64,000 nt of DNA, from positions 96,309 to 160,308 of IMG/VR virus record IMGVR_UViG_3300045988_159943; one strand, written 5' to 3'. Under the pieces are notes generated by a model. It searched no databases. It saw only the letters and a list, made by a program, of their open reading frames with translations, and was not told where the DNA came from. The DNA is from a virus. Position numbers and translations under genes: made by a program. Shown piece by piece: positions 38,038-46,684 of this stretch (the stretch's first letter is position 1; each line of letters opens with the position of its first letter).

Positions 38038-38235
38038 ATGATTATTGCTAAAATTGCTATGACTTTTACAACTATCTTCTGTCTTATTTGTATATTATAT
38101 ATGCTTCTTTGCTTATATTCTTTATGGAGTTATCTATGTATTGGTCAGATTATATTTTTAGCTGTTTCAATTATTGGATTAATTATATTGAATGTCATAC
38201 TTATTCGCTATGTAGTTCGTCTATGGAGAGAATGA
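38038..38235 (+). CDS. small membrane protein (65 aa)
   Basis: ORF track; two predicted TM helices. Confidence 0.4.
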   Translation: MIIAKIAMTFTTIFCLICILYMLLCLYSLWSYLCIGQIIFLAVSIIGLIILNVILIRYVVRLWRE

Positions 38236-38236
38236 A

Positions 38237-38596
38237 ATGATAAAATATGAAGAACCACCAAAGCAAAAAATTGAAAAACAAATTAATGAAAATCATAAAA
38301 ATTTAAAAGATCTTGGAGTAGAGGTTGATAGTGAATGGGAAACCAATTGCAGCATATGCGATACTCCTTGTATTGTAAGTCATTTTCATGGTAAAAAATT
38401 AATTGTTTGGTGCCTACAAAGAGGATGGTGGGGCGCACAGGTTGGTTGTGAATATTATTGCGAAGGAGAAAAACGTAAAATCCCATTTGAAAGTGATGAA
38501 GTATCAATTGGAATGATAAGGTATCTTAGACCTAGAAATCCTGATATTTGGGGTGCGTTGCGGAAACGAAAAGAATATGACAAGGAAGATATGTAA
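38237..38596 (+). CDS. hypothetical protein (119 aa)
   Basis: ORF track; ATGA overlap. Confidence 0.5.
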   Translation: MIKYEEPPKQKIEKQINENHKNLKDLGVEVDSEWETNCSICDTPCIVSHFHGKKLIVWCLQRGWWGAQVGCEYYCEGEKRKIPFESDEVSIGMIRYLRPRNPDIWGALRKRKEYDKEDM

Positions 38597-38622
38597 AATT
38601 GTTGTGAAAAAGGAGAAGTAAG

Positions 38623-39420
38623 ATGTTTAGTTTATTCAATTCAAAAGAAAAAAAACCAATCATAACACTCGATAATGCCATTATTCCCACCCCAGAAGAA
38701 AAATGGATTTGGGTTGATGGATATAAGGGATTTACAAGAGAATATATTGATGGAAAATCAACTCTTTGTGGTTATAATTCATTCCCGTATAACTCAGTTG
38801 GTGAAGTGACCTGTTTGCCAGAAGATCCAAAAAAGATGAATCCTTGTAGTTGGGGGTTACATTTTTGTGATAAGTTAGAAGATGTTTTTGGATATTATGA
38901 TATTGTTTATAAGGATGTTGGTTGGGATTATTATTTAGATTTAAATCATGAAATTCAAGCTAAACCAGCAAATATTTATAATACAATATTTGCAAAAGTT
39001 AAAGCAAAAGTTAATGAAAGTGATTATTTGAAATGGAAAGAATCTGGAAAAGATAAGTTTGTTGCACGAAAAATAATTATTACAGAAATTGTATCATACG
39101 AAGATATTTATGATGCGTATATGACTACACATAATGAAGTCAAAATAGGGTCTGAGGTAATTTCTTCTAAGGAAAGTTATGTCGCGATTAAAGAAGCATT
39201 AGATAAGAGTGGTTTGAATACACTAGAAGTTTATAATCTAATGGTTGAACAGTTAAAAAAAGTGAGAATTGAAAGTCAAATTGATAATCTTGTTTCTCAT
39301 GGATATTCTGAAACATTTGCTCGTATTATTGTGGACAAGTACTCTTATGATGATGCAATTGCTTATGCAAAAGAAGGGATGAGTAAGGATATGAGAGCGT
39401 ATTTGTTGGTTAAGAACTAA
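38623..39420 (+). CDS. hypothetical protein (265 aa)
   Basis: ORF track; RBS AAAGGAGAAGTAAGATG. Confidence 0.5.
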   Translation: MFSLFNSKEKKPIITLDNAIIPTPEEKWIWVDGYKGFTREYIDGKSTLCGYNSFPYNSVGEVTCLPEDPKKMNPCSWGLHFCDKLEDVFGYYDIVYKDVGWDYYLDLNHEIQAKPANIYNTIFAKVKAKVNESDYLKWKESGKDKFVARKIIITEIVSYEDIYDAYMTTHNEVKIGSEVISSKESYVAIKEALDKSGLNTLEVYNLMVEQLKKVRIESQIDNLVSHGYSETFARIIVDKYSYDDAIAYAKEGMSKDMRAYLLVKN

Positions 39421-39440
39421 AATGGAAAGAGGTGCTGAGG

Positions 39441-39782
39441 ATGGATAACCAGACCGCGTCTAAAATTCTCGAACTTATGACAATTGATCTTACTGGATTA
39501 TTGGCTGGTATATCAAAAAGAAACCCTTTGGATGATGTTGTCAAGCAACGAATTGAGGCTATCAATGTAGCTCAAAAGGTTCTTTCTGACGCAGATGTTT
39601 CTTCGGTTCGGCACGGGGAAATTATTGAAACTAGCGAGGGCGATAAAATGAAGAGAACATTTTCTTGCTGCGGAACCGACTTTACGCAAATGACGTGCTG
39701 GATGACACCTAAATATTGTCCTAATTGTGGAGCAAAGATGAACCCAATTATGGTGCGAAAATGGAGAGATGAAGACGAATGA
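39441..39782 (+). CDS. hypothetical protein with C-terminal zinc ribbon (CPNCG) (113 aa)
   Basis: ORF 39432..39782 trimmed to ATG after AAAGAGGTGCTGAGGATG. Confidence 0.45.
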   Translation: MDNQTASKILELMTIDLTGLLAGISKRNPLDDVVKQRIEAINVAQKVLSDADVSSVRHGEIIETSEGDKMKRTFSCCGTDFTQMTCWMTPKYCPNCGAKMNPIMVRKWRDEDE

Positions 39783-39912
39783 TGTCTTATATAAAGGGTC
39801 TAGAATTGATTTCCATTCCTACCCATCAAACTATATTCAGAGCAAATAAAAATCAATTCTAGACTCAAAAACTAAATGAATAAATGGAGTAAGTGACAAA
39901 GGAGATGGGGCT

Positions 39913-40034
39913 ATGTTTGAAATTGTAATTTGTGTAGCTTGTATGGTTATTATATATGTAGCTGTTGTGAAATTATCTGACAGTTTATCAATGATGAACG
40001 AGGAATATGATGACGAAGATGGTGAGGATAACTA
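39913..40034 (+). CDS. small membrane protein (40 aa)
   Basis: Hand-translated MFEIVICVACMVIIYVAVVKLSDS...; RBS AAGGAGATGGGGCTATG. Confidence 0.3.
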
Positions 40035-40430
40035 ATGGAGAGAATTAATAAAGATGAATATTATCTTAATATTGCAGAAGCTGTGGCTGCAAGAAGTACA
40101 TGTCTCAGGAGACAATATGGTGCAGTGATTGTTAAACAAGACGAAATTATTGCAACTGGATATAATGGAGCGCCTCGGGGAGAAAATAATTGTTGTGATA
40201 TTGGGACTTGCTGGCGAGAAGAACATAACATTCCTCATGGAGAACGCTATGAAGCCTGTGTTTCGGTGCATGCTGAACAAAATGCGATTATTTCTGCACC
40301 TAGAAAAGATATGATTGGAGCAAAGCTTTATCTTGTCGGACTTGAAAATGGAAAGAGAATTGAGGCAAAGCCTTGTGACATTTGCAGGAGATTGATTAAG
40401 AACGCTGGCATTGTGGAGGTAGTAACATGA
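40035..40430 (+). CDS. deoxycytidylate (dCMP) deaminase, ComEB-like
   Basis: YGAVIV..IIATGYNG; zinc ligands HAEQNAI and PCDICRRLI (H[AC]E + PCxxC). Confidence 0.75.
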   Translation: MERINKDEYYLNIAEAVAARSTCLRRQYGAVIVKQDEIIATGYNGAPRGENNCCDIGTCWREEHNIPHGERYEACVSVHAEQNAIISAPRKDMIGAKLYLVGLENGKRIEAKPCDICRRLIKNAGIVEVVT

Positions 40431-40547
40431 AATGGACAGTAATTTTTGTGTTGATTGTTATTGTGGCTATTGTTGGAAGTTTAGTGTATTTTAATGCGAT
40501 TTGGTCTAGTGATTTACCTATGTGGGCTAAGCTTTTGTTGTCGTGAG
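40428..40547 (+). CDS. small membrane protein (39 aa)
   Basis: Hand-translated MKWTVIFVLIVIVAIVGSLVYFNAIWSSDLPMWAKLLLS; overlaps upstream stop. Confidence 0.3.
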
Positions 40548-40564
40548 GTGACTGAGAATGTGAG

Positions 40565-40783
40565 GTGGTGGTTGTGATGGTTGAAGCTATAACAATAATA
40601 GTTATTATTATGGCGTATATAGCCATTGGAAGTTTCTTGTGTATATTTGCTGACGTAATTGATTACAATGATGATTTTAACGATGGAGTGATTTTTTGCA
40701 TTTTGCTTTGGCCAATTATAGTTGTAATATATGTGTGCATATACTTGCCAATGAAATTTGCAAAATGGCTTATAGATAGATAA
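40565..40783 (+). CDS. small membrane protein (72 aa)
   Basis: ORF track; RBS-like GAGGTGGTGGTTGTGATG. Confidence 0.4.
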   Translation: MVVVMVEAITIIVIIMAYIAIGSFLCIFADVIDYNDDFNDGVIFCILLWPIIVVIYVCIYLPMKFAKWLIDR

Positions 40784-40798
40784 AAAGGAGAAATAAAT

Positions 40799-41002
40799 AT
40801 GAAGTGGAATCTATACAGTGAAAATAGTGCGCCAAAATTCAGTGGTGAATACTTGTGTATTGTTGTTACGCCCTCTTATTGGGGCCAATATCAAAGAAGA
40901 GTAATGAGTCTATCATATCAAGAAGCACGGTGGGTTTGTGAGGATATGATTGTAGCATACTGGGCAGACATGCCTGAATTACCGAAGGAGATTATATTAT
41001 GA
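40799..41002 (+). CDS. hypothetical protein (67 aa)
   Basis: ORF track; RBS AAAGGAGAAATAAATATG. Confidence 0.5.
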   Translation: MKWNLYSENSAPKFSGEYLCIVVTPSYWGQYQRRVMSLSYQEARWVCEDMIVAYWADMPELPKEIIL

Positions 41003-41253
41003 ATTTTACTGATGAACAGATTGAATCAATGGAAAAATTTATAGAAGAATGGATTGCTGAACTAAAAGCCGACAGATTGACTTATAAGATGCCAGATGGG
41101 AGTATTGAATGTAATATGAGTCGTGATGAGTGTTTTAGTCATACAACTTGTTGGCAGTGTGACATGTTTGATAAGATACTTAAAAGGCTTTATGAGTATG
41201 AAATGCTTGGTACCGTAGAGGAGTTAAAAGAGCTAAAGGAGGCTGCATTATGA
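40999..41253 (+). CDS. hypothetical protein (84 aa)
   Basis: ORF track; ATGA overlap. Confidence 0.5.
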   Translation: MNFTDEQIESMEKFIEEWIAELKADRLTYKMPDGSIECNMSRDECFSHTTCWQCDMFDKILKRLYEYEMLGTVEELKELKEAAL

Positions 41254-41489
41254 AGAGATTGACTCAATTGTGGAACCACACATACGAATGTAATATCAAT
41301 GGAAACTCTTGTTGTTCGGAGGAACATTGTGATAATTGTGTACACCTTGACAGAGTGTTTGAAAAACTCGGAGCCTATGAAGATACTGGGCTTGAGCCAG
41401 AAGATGTACAGAAGGTCGCAGATTTCATGAAACTATTTCCAAAGCTTTGTGAGAAGTATATTTTGAAGGATAAGGAGGAGATTGTATGA
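41250..41489 (+). CDS. hypothetical Cys-rich protein (79 aa)
   Basis: ORF track; ATGA overlap. Confidence 0.5.
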   Translation: MKRLTQLWNHTYECNINGNSCCSEEHCDNCVHLDRVFEKLGAYEDTGLEPEDVQKVADFMKLFPKLCEKYILKDKEEIV

Positions 41490-41923
41490 ACGAACATGTA
41501 ATAAAAACAACTAATTCAAATATTATCTCTACACAAAATGAGGGTTATTTTTACATTGATGATTTATCTGCAAAAGTAGATGAGCTTGAGAAAGTTTCTG
41601 GAATGAGTCTTAAGACTTTGATTACTGCGTTTAAGAATGGATTCGTTTTGTCGCATCCAATGAGCGATGTTGATAAGAAACTTATGCCGTTGACATTAAG
41701 AGAGCTTTCAGAATTAGTTTGGAATGATGATAGTTCTTATATTGGAAATCATATTTGGGTTAAGGATTTAAGATTTGGTATCGTGTTGGCCTGTATATTG
41801 GATGCATATGCAGATGATGGGATTGTAGCTGTTTATGGGGCCAACGATAAAGAAGAATGGTTTTTTGAGAAGGATTATGGGAGAACCTGGGTTGCTTATT
41901 TGAAGGAGCCGGTATGTGGATAA
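41486..41923 (+). CDS. hypothetical protein (145 aa)
   Basis: ORF track; ATGA overlap. Confidence 0.5.
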   Translation: MNEHVIKTTNSNIISTQNEGYFYIDDLSAKVDELEKVSGMSLKTLITAFKNGFVLSHPMSDVDKKLMPLTLRELSELVWNDDSSYIGNHIWVKDLRFGIVLACILDAYADDGIVAVYGANDKEEWFFEKDYGRTWVAYLKEPVCG

Positions 41924-42038
41924 GTAAAAAGGTGAATGAATTGTTTATTCTTATTCGATCTGGAGAACGTTAAACAAGAGAAATGACTGATAAGGTGGAG
42001 TTAGATATGCGCAAACAGATTTATGGGAGTCAATATTA

Positions 42039-42524
42039 ATGATTAAATCAGATAATTTTTATATGCTTTGTGACGAATGCCCAATTTGTGAGGATATGGA
42101 ACGCAGACTACATAGTGCTAAAGAGTATGAATTTAAACCTCAAATTGAATACTGCTCTTGTGATAAGATTGGCATGTATTTTTATGTAGGAGGATATTGT
42201 GAGGATGCGTGGATTGAAAGGTCAGTCCATAAAAATAAAAATCCTCGTAAGACTGGTCGTGCCTATCGTCGTAAAATGAAAATTCGGAAAGAAGACCGTT
42301 TGTATCATATTGTTAAGGGACATTATATGCCACATGTTGGATGGGTTGATTGGGAATTTAATGGGCGTACTTTGCATGGTAGCCCATATTACTTTAAAGA
42401 TTCAAGTCATAGTAGAAAGCAAAAATGGCTAAAGAAGCAGACAATTAGAAAAGTTAGGCGCATGGATATTGCTAATGGGAATTATTATCGTAAGTGTTAT
42501 GAGTATTGGTGGAATATGTATTGA
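42039..42524 (+). CDS. hypothetical basic Cys/His-rich protein (161 aa)
   Basis: ORF track. Confidence 0.5.
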   Translation: MIKSDNFYMLCDECPICEDMERRLHSAKEYEFKPQIEYCSCDKIGMYFYVGGYCEDAWIERSVHKNKNPRKTGRAYRRKMKIRKEDRLYHIVKGHYMPHVGWVDWEFNGRTLHGSPYYFKDSSHSRKQKWLKKQTIRKVRRMDIANGNYYRKCYEYWWNMY

Positions 42525-42531
42525 GGTGGCT

Positions 42532-42901
42532 TATGAAATTATGTAGTAATGATTGCATCCCTTGTTGTGATTTCTGTAAGTTTGCTCTGCATGGTCAAGA
42601 TAAAAAAATGTTAGCTATTCTACAAGCAAAAATAACAGTAAGTGGGCCCAATCTGCCTCTGTATGATAAAGAGGGAATGCTTCGAGATTGTGCGTATTGT
42701 GATCATGTACATAAACTCGATGGGTTTTGTATAAAATGCGCCCGTGTCGGAGGGGTTATTGATTATTTTAAGCCATGTCAAGTTACTACAACAATTGGAG
42801 ACTATCTTCGTTCTTTAAATGACAATGATCTTGCTGAATTTTTGTCATTTATAGATAGCAAAGAGTTTTTAAGTGAAATAACAAAAAAACTGAATAAGTG
42901 A
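42532..42901 (+). CDS. hypothetical Cys-rich protein (123 aa from MKLCSNDC)
   Basis: ORF 42506..42901 trimmed to ATG after GAGGTGGCTTATG. Confidence 0.45.
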
Positions 42902-42920
42902 ACAAAGGAGTGGAGCAAAA

Positions 42921-43154
42921 GTGCGTAAAAAGTTTGCAATGCGCTGGAGACGTGAAGTTTTGCGACGTGGAGCTGTAATTTCTAATGAAGGATATATATT
43001 AACTAAACGTGAGGCACAAGAATCAAAGTGCCGTAGAGGGTTTAATTTTGATGCTGAATATAAAGGACATACAATTACATGTATAGCAGAGGATGCATTA
43101 GATGCATATAGAATGTTCATTCAAGAAATGGACAATTGGTTTGGTGATGATTGA
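42921..43154 (+). CDS. hypothetical protein (77 aa; GTG start)
   Basis: ORF track; RBS AAAGGAGTGGAGCAAAAGTG. Confidence 0.45.
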   Translation: MRKKFAMRWRREVLRRGAVISNEGYILTKREAQESKCRRGFNFDAEYKGHTITCIAEDALDAYRMFIQEMDNWFGDD

Positions 43155-43287
43155 TGTGGATATTATAAATGTATTTGGTATGCCCATACTTGTTGGGCCA
43201 AGATGCCCGAAGTGCAAGGCATTATTAAAAAAGAACGCAAAGTTTTGCAGCAATTGTGGCATGCAATTTTATGGCACAGAAAAATAA
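43147..43287 (+). CDS. zinc-ribbon protein (46 aa; CPKC...CSNCG)
   Basis: ORF 43102..43287 trimmed to ATG overlapping upstream stop. Confidence 0.4.
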   Translation: MIDVDIINVFGMPILVGPRCPKCKALLKKNAKFCSNCGMQFYGTEK

Positions 43288-43360
43288 TTTGTAAATATTA
43301 TATAAATTGATGTGAATTGTTTTGTGGAAATTGTCAATAGACAATGTAAGAAAAAATGTG

Positions 43361-43387
43361 TATACTAAACACAGTTCAAAATTATTG
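43361..43387 (+). promoter_or_regulatory. -10 TATACT (43361-66) then leader motif ACAGTTCAAAATTATTG (43371-43387)
   Basis: read directly. Confidence 0.45.
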
Positions 43388-43408
43388 AAACGAAAGGAAC
43401 GAAAAATT

Positions 43409-43780
43409 ATGAAGATGGAAAATGTCCGGCACTCTGTAGTTGAGAGCAGAGGAATTATTCGTGCAAGCATCACTGATTGTGAATATGATGCAATTATGGA
43501 GTTTAATAAGAGATTTGTTGCACATTCTACTTCTGCATTTTGTGTGTGCGCAAAAGATGACGATTCTCGTTTTATGATGCCTCATAAGTTCTCTGTTACA
43601 GTCAGACTGCATCCTGATGATGTGTGGGATGAAAAGAGAGGCAAGGATATTGCCACAAGAAGACTTGCAGAGAAGTATAATAATTCTTTGGACAAGCATC
43701 TGTTTAACATCTATAAGGCATTTATGAAGAGCATGGGTAAGATGGAAACTTATCTCAGTGACCATCACCTCATTGAGTAA
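43409..43780 (+). CDS. hypothetical protein (123 aa from MKMENVRH)
   Basis: ORF 43322..43780 trimmed to ATG after GAAAGGAACGAAAAATTATG, downstream of motif. Confidence 0.5.
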   Translation: MKMENVRHSVVESRGIIRASITDCEYDAIMEFNKRFVAHSTSAFCVCAKDDDSRFMMPHKFSVTVRLHPDDVWDEKRGKDIATRRLAEKYNNSLDKHLFNIYKAFMKSMGKMETYLSDHHLIE

Positions 43781-43792
43781 TGGAGGTGTTGT

Positions 43793-44371
43793 ATGAAGAA
43801 GTTTCTTGCTTGTATTGGTTTGACAGTATCTATTTTGATTGGCATTGTGTCAGCAAGTGCTGCTCCTAGTTACATTGATACACAGAATAAGGCTCATGAG
43901 ATTGCAGATACCGCTCGAAGTATGGGACTCCCGGAGGACGATCCTATTATTAAGAGGGCTTCTGAATTATGGTGGGAAGCAAATCAGCAGTTTTGCGCTG
44001 ATAGAGATATCATCGCATCTGTTGTGTACAACGAAGCTTGGTATGGCTGTAGCACTCGTCACAGAGAGCTCGTTGCTGCGGTTGTAGTTAACCGTGTGAA
44101 TTCTAGTATGTTCCCTAATAGCGTTTATGAAGTAGTTGTGCAGAAGGGCCAGTATCTTCCCGCATACGCTAATGCAAATAGCTATTATGGACAGAGAGCA
44201 CGTGCTGATGCTGCTGCCTGGGCTGAATGCCAAAGAATTGCTACCAAGGCATTGAGAGGGCAGATTGAATGTCCTAGCAATGTTTTGTTTCAGGCCAACT
44301 TTCGGCAGGGCAAAGGTGTTTATGAAACCCACTATACTAGTTACAGCACAAGTTATTTCTGTTACGGATAA
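43793..44371 (+). CDS. SleB/CwlJ-type cell-wall hydrolase (Hydrolase_2 family) with signal peptide; candidate lysin
   Basis: Signal-like N-terminus MKKFLACIGLTVSILIGIVSASA; ...VVYNEAWYGCSTRHRELVAAVVVNRVNSSMFPNSVYEVVVQKGQYLPAYAN... resembles the SleB catalytic domain (from memory). Minus ORF 43967..44392 spurious. Confidence 0.55.
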   Translation: MKKFLACIGLTVSILIGIVSASAAPSYIDTQNKAHEIADTARSMGLPEDDPIIKRASELWWEANQQFCADRDIIASVVYNEAWYGCSTRHRELVAAVVVNRVNSSMFPNSVYEVVVQKGQYLPAYANANSYYGQRARADAAAWAECQRIATKALRGQIECPSNVLFQANFRQGKGVYETHYTSYSTSYFCYG

Positions 44372-44385
44372 TTGAAAAAAACTAC

Positions 44386-44435
44386 TTGACAACGAAATGT
44401 AAATGTGCTATAATATGCACAGTTCAAAATTATTG
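44386..44435 (+). promoter_or_regulatory. sigma70 consensus promoter TTGACA(44386)-17-TATAAT(44409) then ACAGTTCAAAATTATTG (44419-44435)
   Basis: read directly; perfect -35/-10 with 17-nt spacer. Confidence 0.65.
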
Positions 44436-44500
44436 GAAACGAGCTTGCTATTACCAACTGGCGTTGCTCTGTTAACAAGCTCAAATCCAAAAAGTTTTTG

Positions 44501-44563
44501 AAAAAAGTGCTTGACAAACGAAACAAAACAGAGTATAATAAGCACAGTTCGAAAGAACAATAC
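44501..44563 (+). promoter_or_regulatory. second tandem sigma70 promoter TTGACA(44501)-17-TATAAT(44524), ACAGTTC (44534) and motif AACAATACAAAATTATTT (44547-44563)
   Basis: read directly. Confidence 0.65.
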
Positions 44564-44599
44564 AAAATTATTTTTCAAAGTTCATAGGAGGTACAAGAA

Positions 44600-45253
44600 A
44601 TGAATAAGGAACAGATGACTGTACATCGCGCACTTGCAGAACTGAAGGTTATTGATGACCGGATTTACAAGGCAATTAACGCCGGAACTTATGTGACTTC
44701 TAACAAGCATTCCAATGACAAGATTAATGGTGTTACCATTGATAAGTTTAAGGAAAACATGAAGTCCGCACATCAGAAGGTCACTGACCTGATTGATCGT
44801 CGTAATGCTATCAAGAGAGCTGTTGTGATTTCTAATGCAGTTACCAAGATTACGGTTGGTGGTGTTGAGTATTCCGTGGCTGAAGCCATCGAGCTAAAGA
44901 ACCACGGTATGGAATTCAAGCAGCGTTTCTTAGATGTTATGAACGCTCAGCTTACTCGTGCAAATACTGAGGTTTATCGCAATAGCGGTGAGATGCTTGA
45001 AGAGAAGGCAGAGAAGTACATTCTTGCTTTTATTCAGGCACAGCCCAAGGATTCCAAGATGACCGCTAATGATGATACCGTCAAGGCTCTTCGCAAGGAT
45101 TACATTGAGCGTAATACTTTCGATTTGATTGACCCTCTTGGTATTGCAAATCTTGTTGAGAAGATGCAGGACGAAATTGACGAGTTTAATACTGAGATTG
45201 ACGCAGCTCTGAGTGTGTCTAACGCAACAACTGTGATTGAGTTCGAGTATTAA
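44600..45253 (+). CDS. hypothetical protein (217 aa) behind two tandem consensus promoters (probably highly expressed)
   Basis: ORF track; RBS TAGGAGGTACAAGAAATG. Confidence 0.55.
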   Translation: MNKEQMTVHRALAELKVIDDRIYKAINAGTYVTSNKHSNDKINGVTIDKFKENMKSAHQKVTDLIDRRNAIKRAVVISNAVTKITVGGVEYSVAEAIELKNHGMEFKQRFLDVMNAQLTRANTEVYRNSGEMLEEKAEKYILAFIQAQPKDSKMTANDDTVKALRKDYIERNTFDLIDPLGIANLVEKMQDEIDEFNTEIDAALSVSNATTVIEFEY

Positions 45254-45732
45254 GTGAGTCTTTAATATAGCTTGCTGCCACCCGAAAACCTTAAATGACT
45301 GCTTATCGTTCTTTTTTGATTCATTTAGAGGGATATTAAATAATGAAATAAAATGAATCGCCTTGAAAACAAGAGGTTGCTACTGCCTTAAGTGTAGCTC
45401 CATACTGCTAATATGGTTGTACAAATATATTAGATATATTAAAATCAACTGTAAAGCTTAAAGGTAAAGGTTCAACTCTCAAGGTTCAAGATTCAAAGTT
45501 TTATTGCGCAGTGTTAGCGCACTCAAAGGTCATTAGGTCAAAGGTGTAAAGAGAGCTTAGACACTATAGAACGATGGTTTTAATATATTTACTTGGTGGA
45601 TATTCCGTTCTATAGTTAGCCCGCTAAAGTTTTACAAAATCCCAGGTTAAAGGTTTGGATTAGTGGCCAATATCCGTAGGTATCCTCTGGGCTGGGTGGC
45701 AGCAAGTAAGTTTCAGAAAATTCTGAAAAAGT

Positions 45733-45796
45733 ATTGACAAGAGATGAAAAAGAGAGTATAATCACTACAGTTCTTGAGAAACAGTACAAAATTATT
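45733..45796 (+). promoter_or_regulatory. sigma70 promoter TTGACA(45733)-17-TATAAT(45756), ACAGTTC (45766) and ACAGTACAAAATTATTG (45780-45796), 5 nt before first tRNA
   Basis: read directly; likely tRNA-operon promoter. Confidence 0.6.
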
Positions 45797-45801
45797 GATA
45801 A

Positions 45802-45887
45802 GCCGGGATGGTGGAAATGGTAGACACCTGGGACTTAAAATCCCATGGGCTTGACCCGTGCCAGTTCGAGTCTGGTTCCCGGCACCA
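45802..45887 (+). tRNA. tRNA-Leu (anticodon TAA), CCA encoded
   Basis: Manual fold: acceptor gccggga/tcccggc, anticodon stem tggga/tccca, loop cttaaaa, long variable arm, T-loop ttcgagt. Confidence 0.7.
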
Positions 45888-45995
45888 AGCTGAGTTGACC
45901 TTTAGTATTTTGCAAACGCAGGCTGATATGCGGTAGGAAAAATACAGAGCCTTGGAAAAGTTTAAAAGAGAACACCTCTTTCTGAGGCTTTATAT

Positions 45996-46080
45996 GCTGG
46001 AATGATGGAATTGGTAGACATGATGGCCTCAAAAGCCATTGCAGAAATGTGTAAGGGTTCAAGTCCCTTTTCCAGCACCA
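45996..46080 (+). tRNA. tRNA-Leu (anticodon CAA), CCA encoded
   Basis: Acceptor gctggaa/ttccagc, anticodon stem atggc/gccat, loop ctcaaaa, long variable arm. Confidence 0.65.
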
Positions 46081-46128
46081 TTTCCCCCTTATATAGAATC
46101 CTGGGTAAGATTTAAAACTGCCTGATAT

Positions 46129-46204
46129 GCTCCCATAGTGAAGTTGGTAAACACGGAAGCCCTTCAAGCTTCAGGCACGGGTTCGAATCCCGTTGGGAGT
46201 ACCA
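46129..46204 (+). tRNA. tRNA, anticodon loop CCTTCAA (reads as Glu-TTC but with C at position 33)
   Basis: 76 nt; acceptor gctccca/tgggagt (G-U at 1-72), anticodon stem gaagc/gcttc, T-arm acggg-ttcgaat-cccgt, ACCA end. Confidence 0.55.
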
Positions 46205-46205
46205 T

Positions 46206-46283
46206 TGCGGGGTAGAGAAGTTGGTCATCTCACCACCCTCATAAGGTGGAGATCGTGGGTTCGAATCCCACCCTTCGCAACCA
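46206..46283 (+). tRNA. tRNA-Met/Ile2-type (anticodon CAT), elongator-like
   Basis: Anticodon stem ccacc/ggtgg, loop ctcataa, T-arm gtggg-ttcgaat-cccac; one extra nt between T-stem and acceptor in my fold, so ends +-1. Confidence 0.55.
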
Positions 46284-46286
46284 AAT

Positions 46287-46361
46287 GGCCCATTAGTCAA
46301 GTGGCTAAGACGCTGGATTTTCATTCCAGAGGCAGGATTTCGATTATCCTATGGGCTACCA
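46287..46361 (+). tRNA. tRNA-Glu (anticodon TTC)
   Basis: 75 nt; acceptor ggcccat/atgggct, anticodon stem ctgga/tccag, loop ttttcat, T-arm aggat-ttcgatt-atcct. Confidence 0.6.
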
Positions 46362-46448
46362 AGGACTTTTACGGCGAGTCCTATATAAACTACTGCCGAA
46401 CGGGGGTTAGCGCACCTGAGACGTACCGATAAACAAAAGCGCATAAAT

Positions 46449-46587
46449 AGGGGTATAGCCAAGTGGTAAGGCACAGGACTTTCGTGAAATCGTATAAGTA
46501 GTACACTTTATGAAGAAGTATTGGTTCAAATCCAATTTTCACGACCAGACTCCTGCATCGAAGGTTCGAATCCTTCTACCCCTGCCA
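46449..46587 (+). tRNA. interrupted tRNA (~139 nt): canonical halves split by a ~65-nt insertion in the anticodon loop (Glu-TTC or Gln-TTG depending on junction)
   Basis: 5' half aggggta-ta-gcc-aagtggtaa-ggc-a-cagga pairs with 3' half tcctg-catc-gaagg-ttcgaat-ccttc-tacccct-g-cca (perfect 7-bp acceptor, 5-bp anticodon stem). The 46479-46550 insertion carries its own 7-bp helix cgtgaaa/tttcacg plus T-arm-like attgg-ttcaaat-ccaat ending ACCA (46483-46547). Confidence 0.45.
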
Positions 46588-46684
46588 TTTTTAAAGTTAA
46601 AGTAAAAAGATACATATAAAAGATTCCGCATTTTATTCTATGAATAATGCTGCTTTAGCTATCATTTGTTAAAGGAAGATAGCT

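Noticed and set aside
46129-46204. Reading the CCTTCAA loop as anticodon TCA (opal suppressor)
   Set aside because: Shifting the loop by one requires an anticodon stem aagcc/cttca that does not pair; only the gaagc/gcttc stem works, giving TTC.
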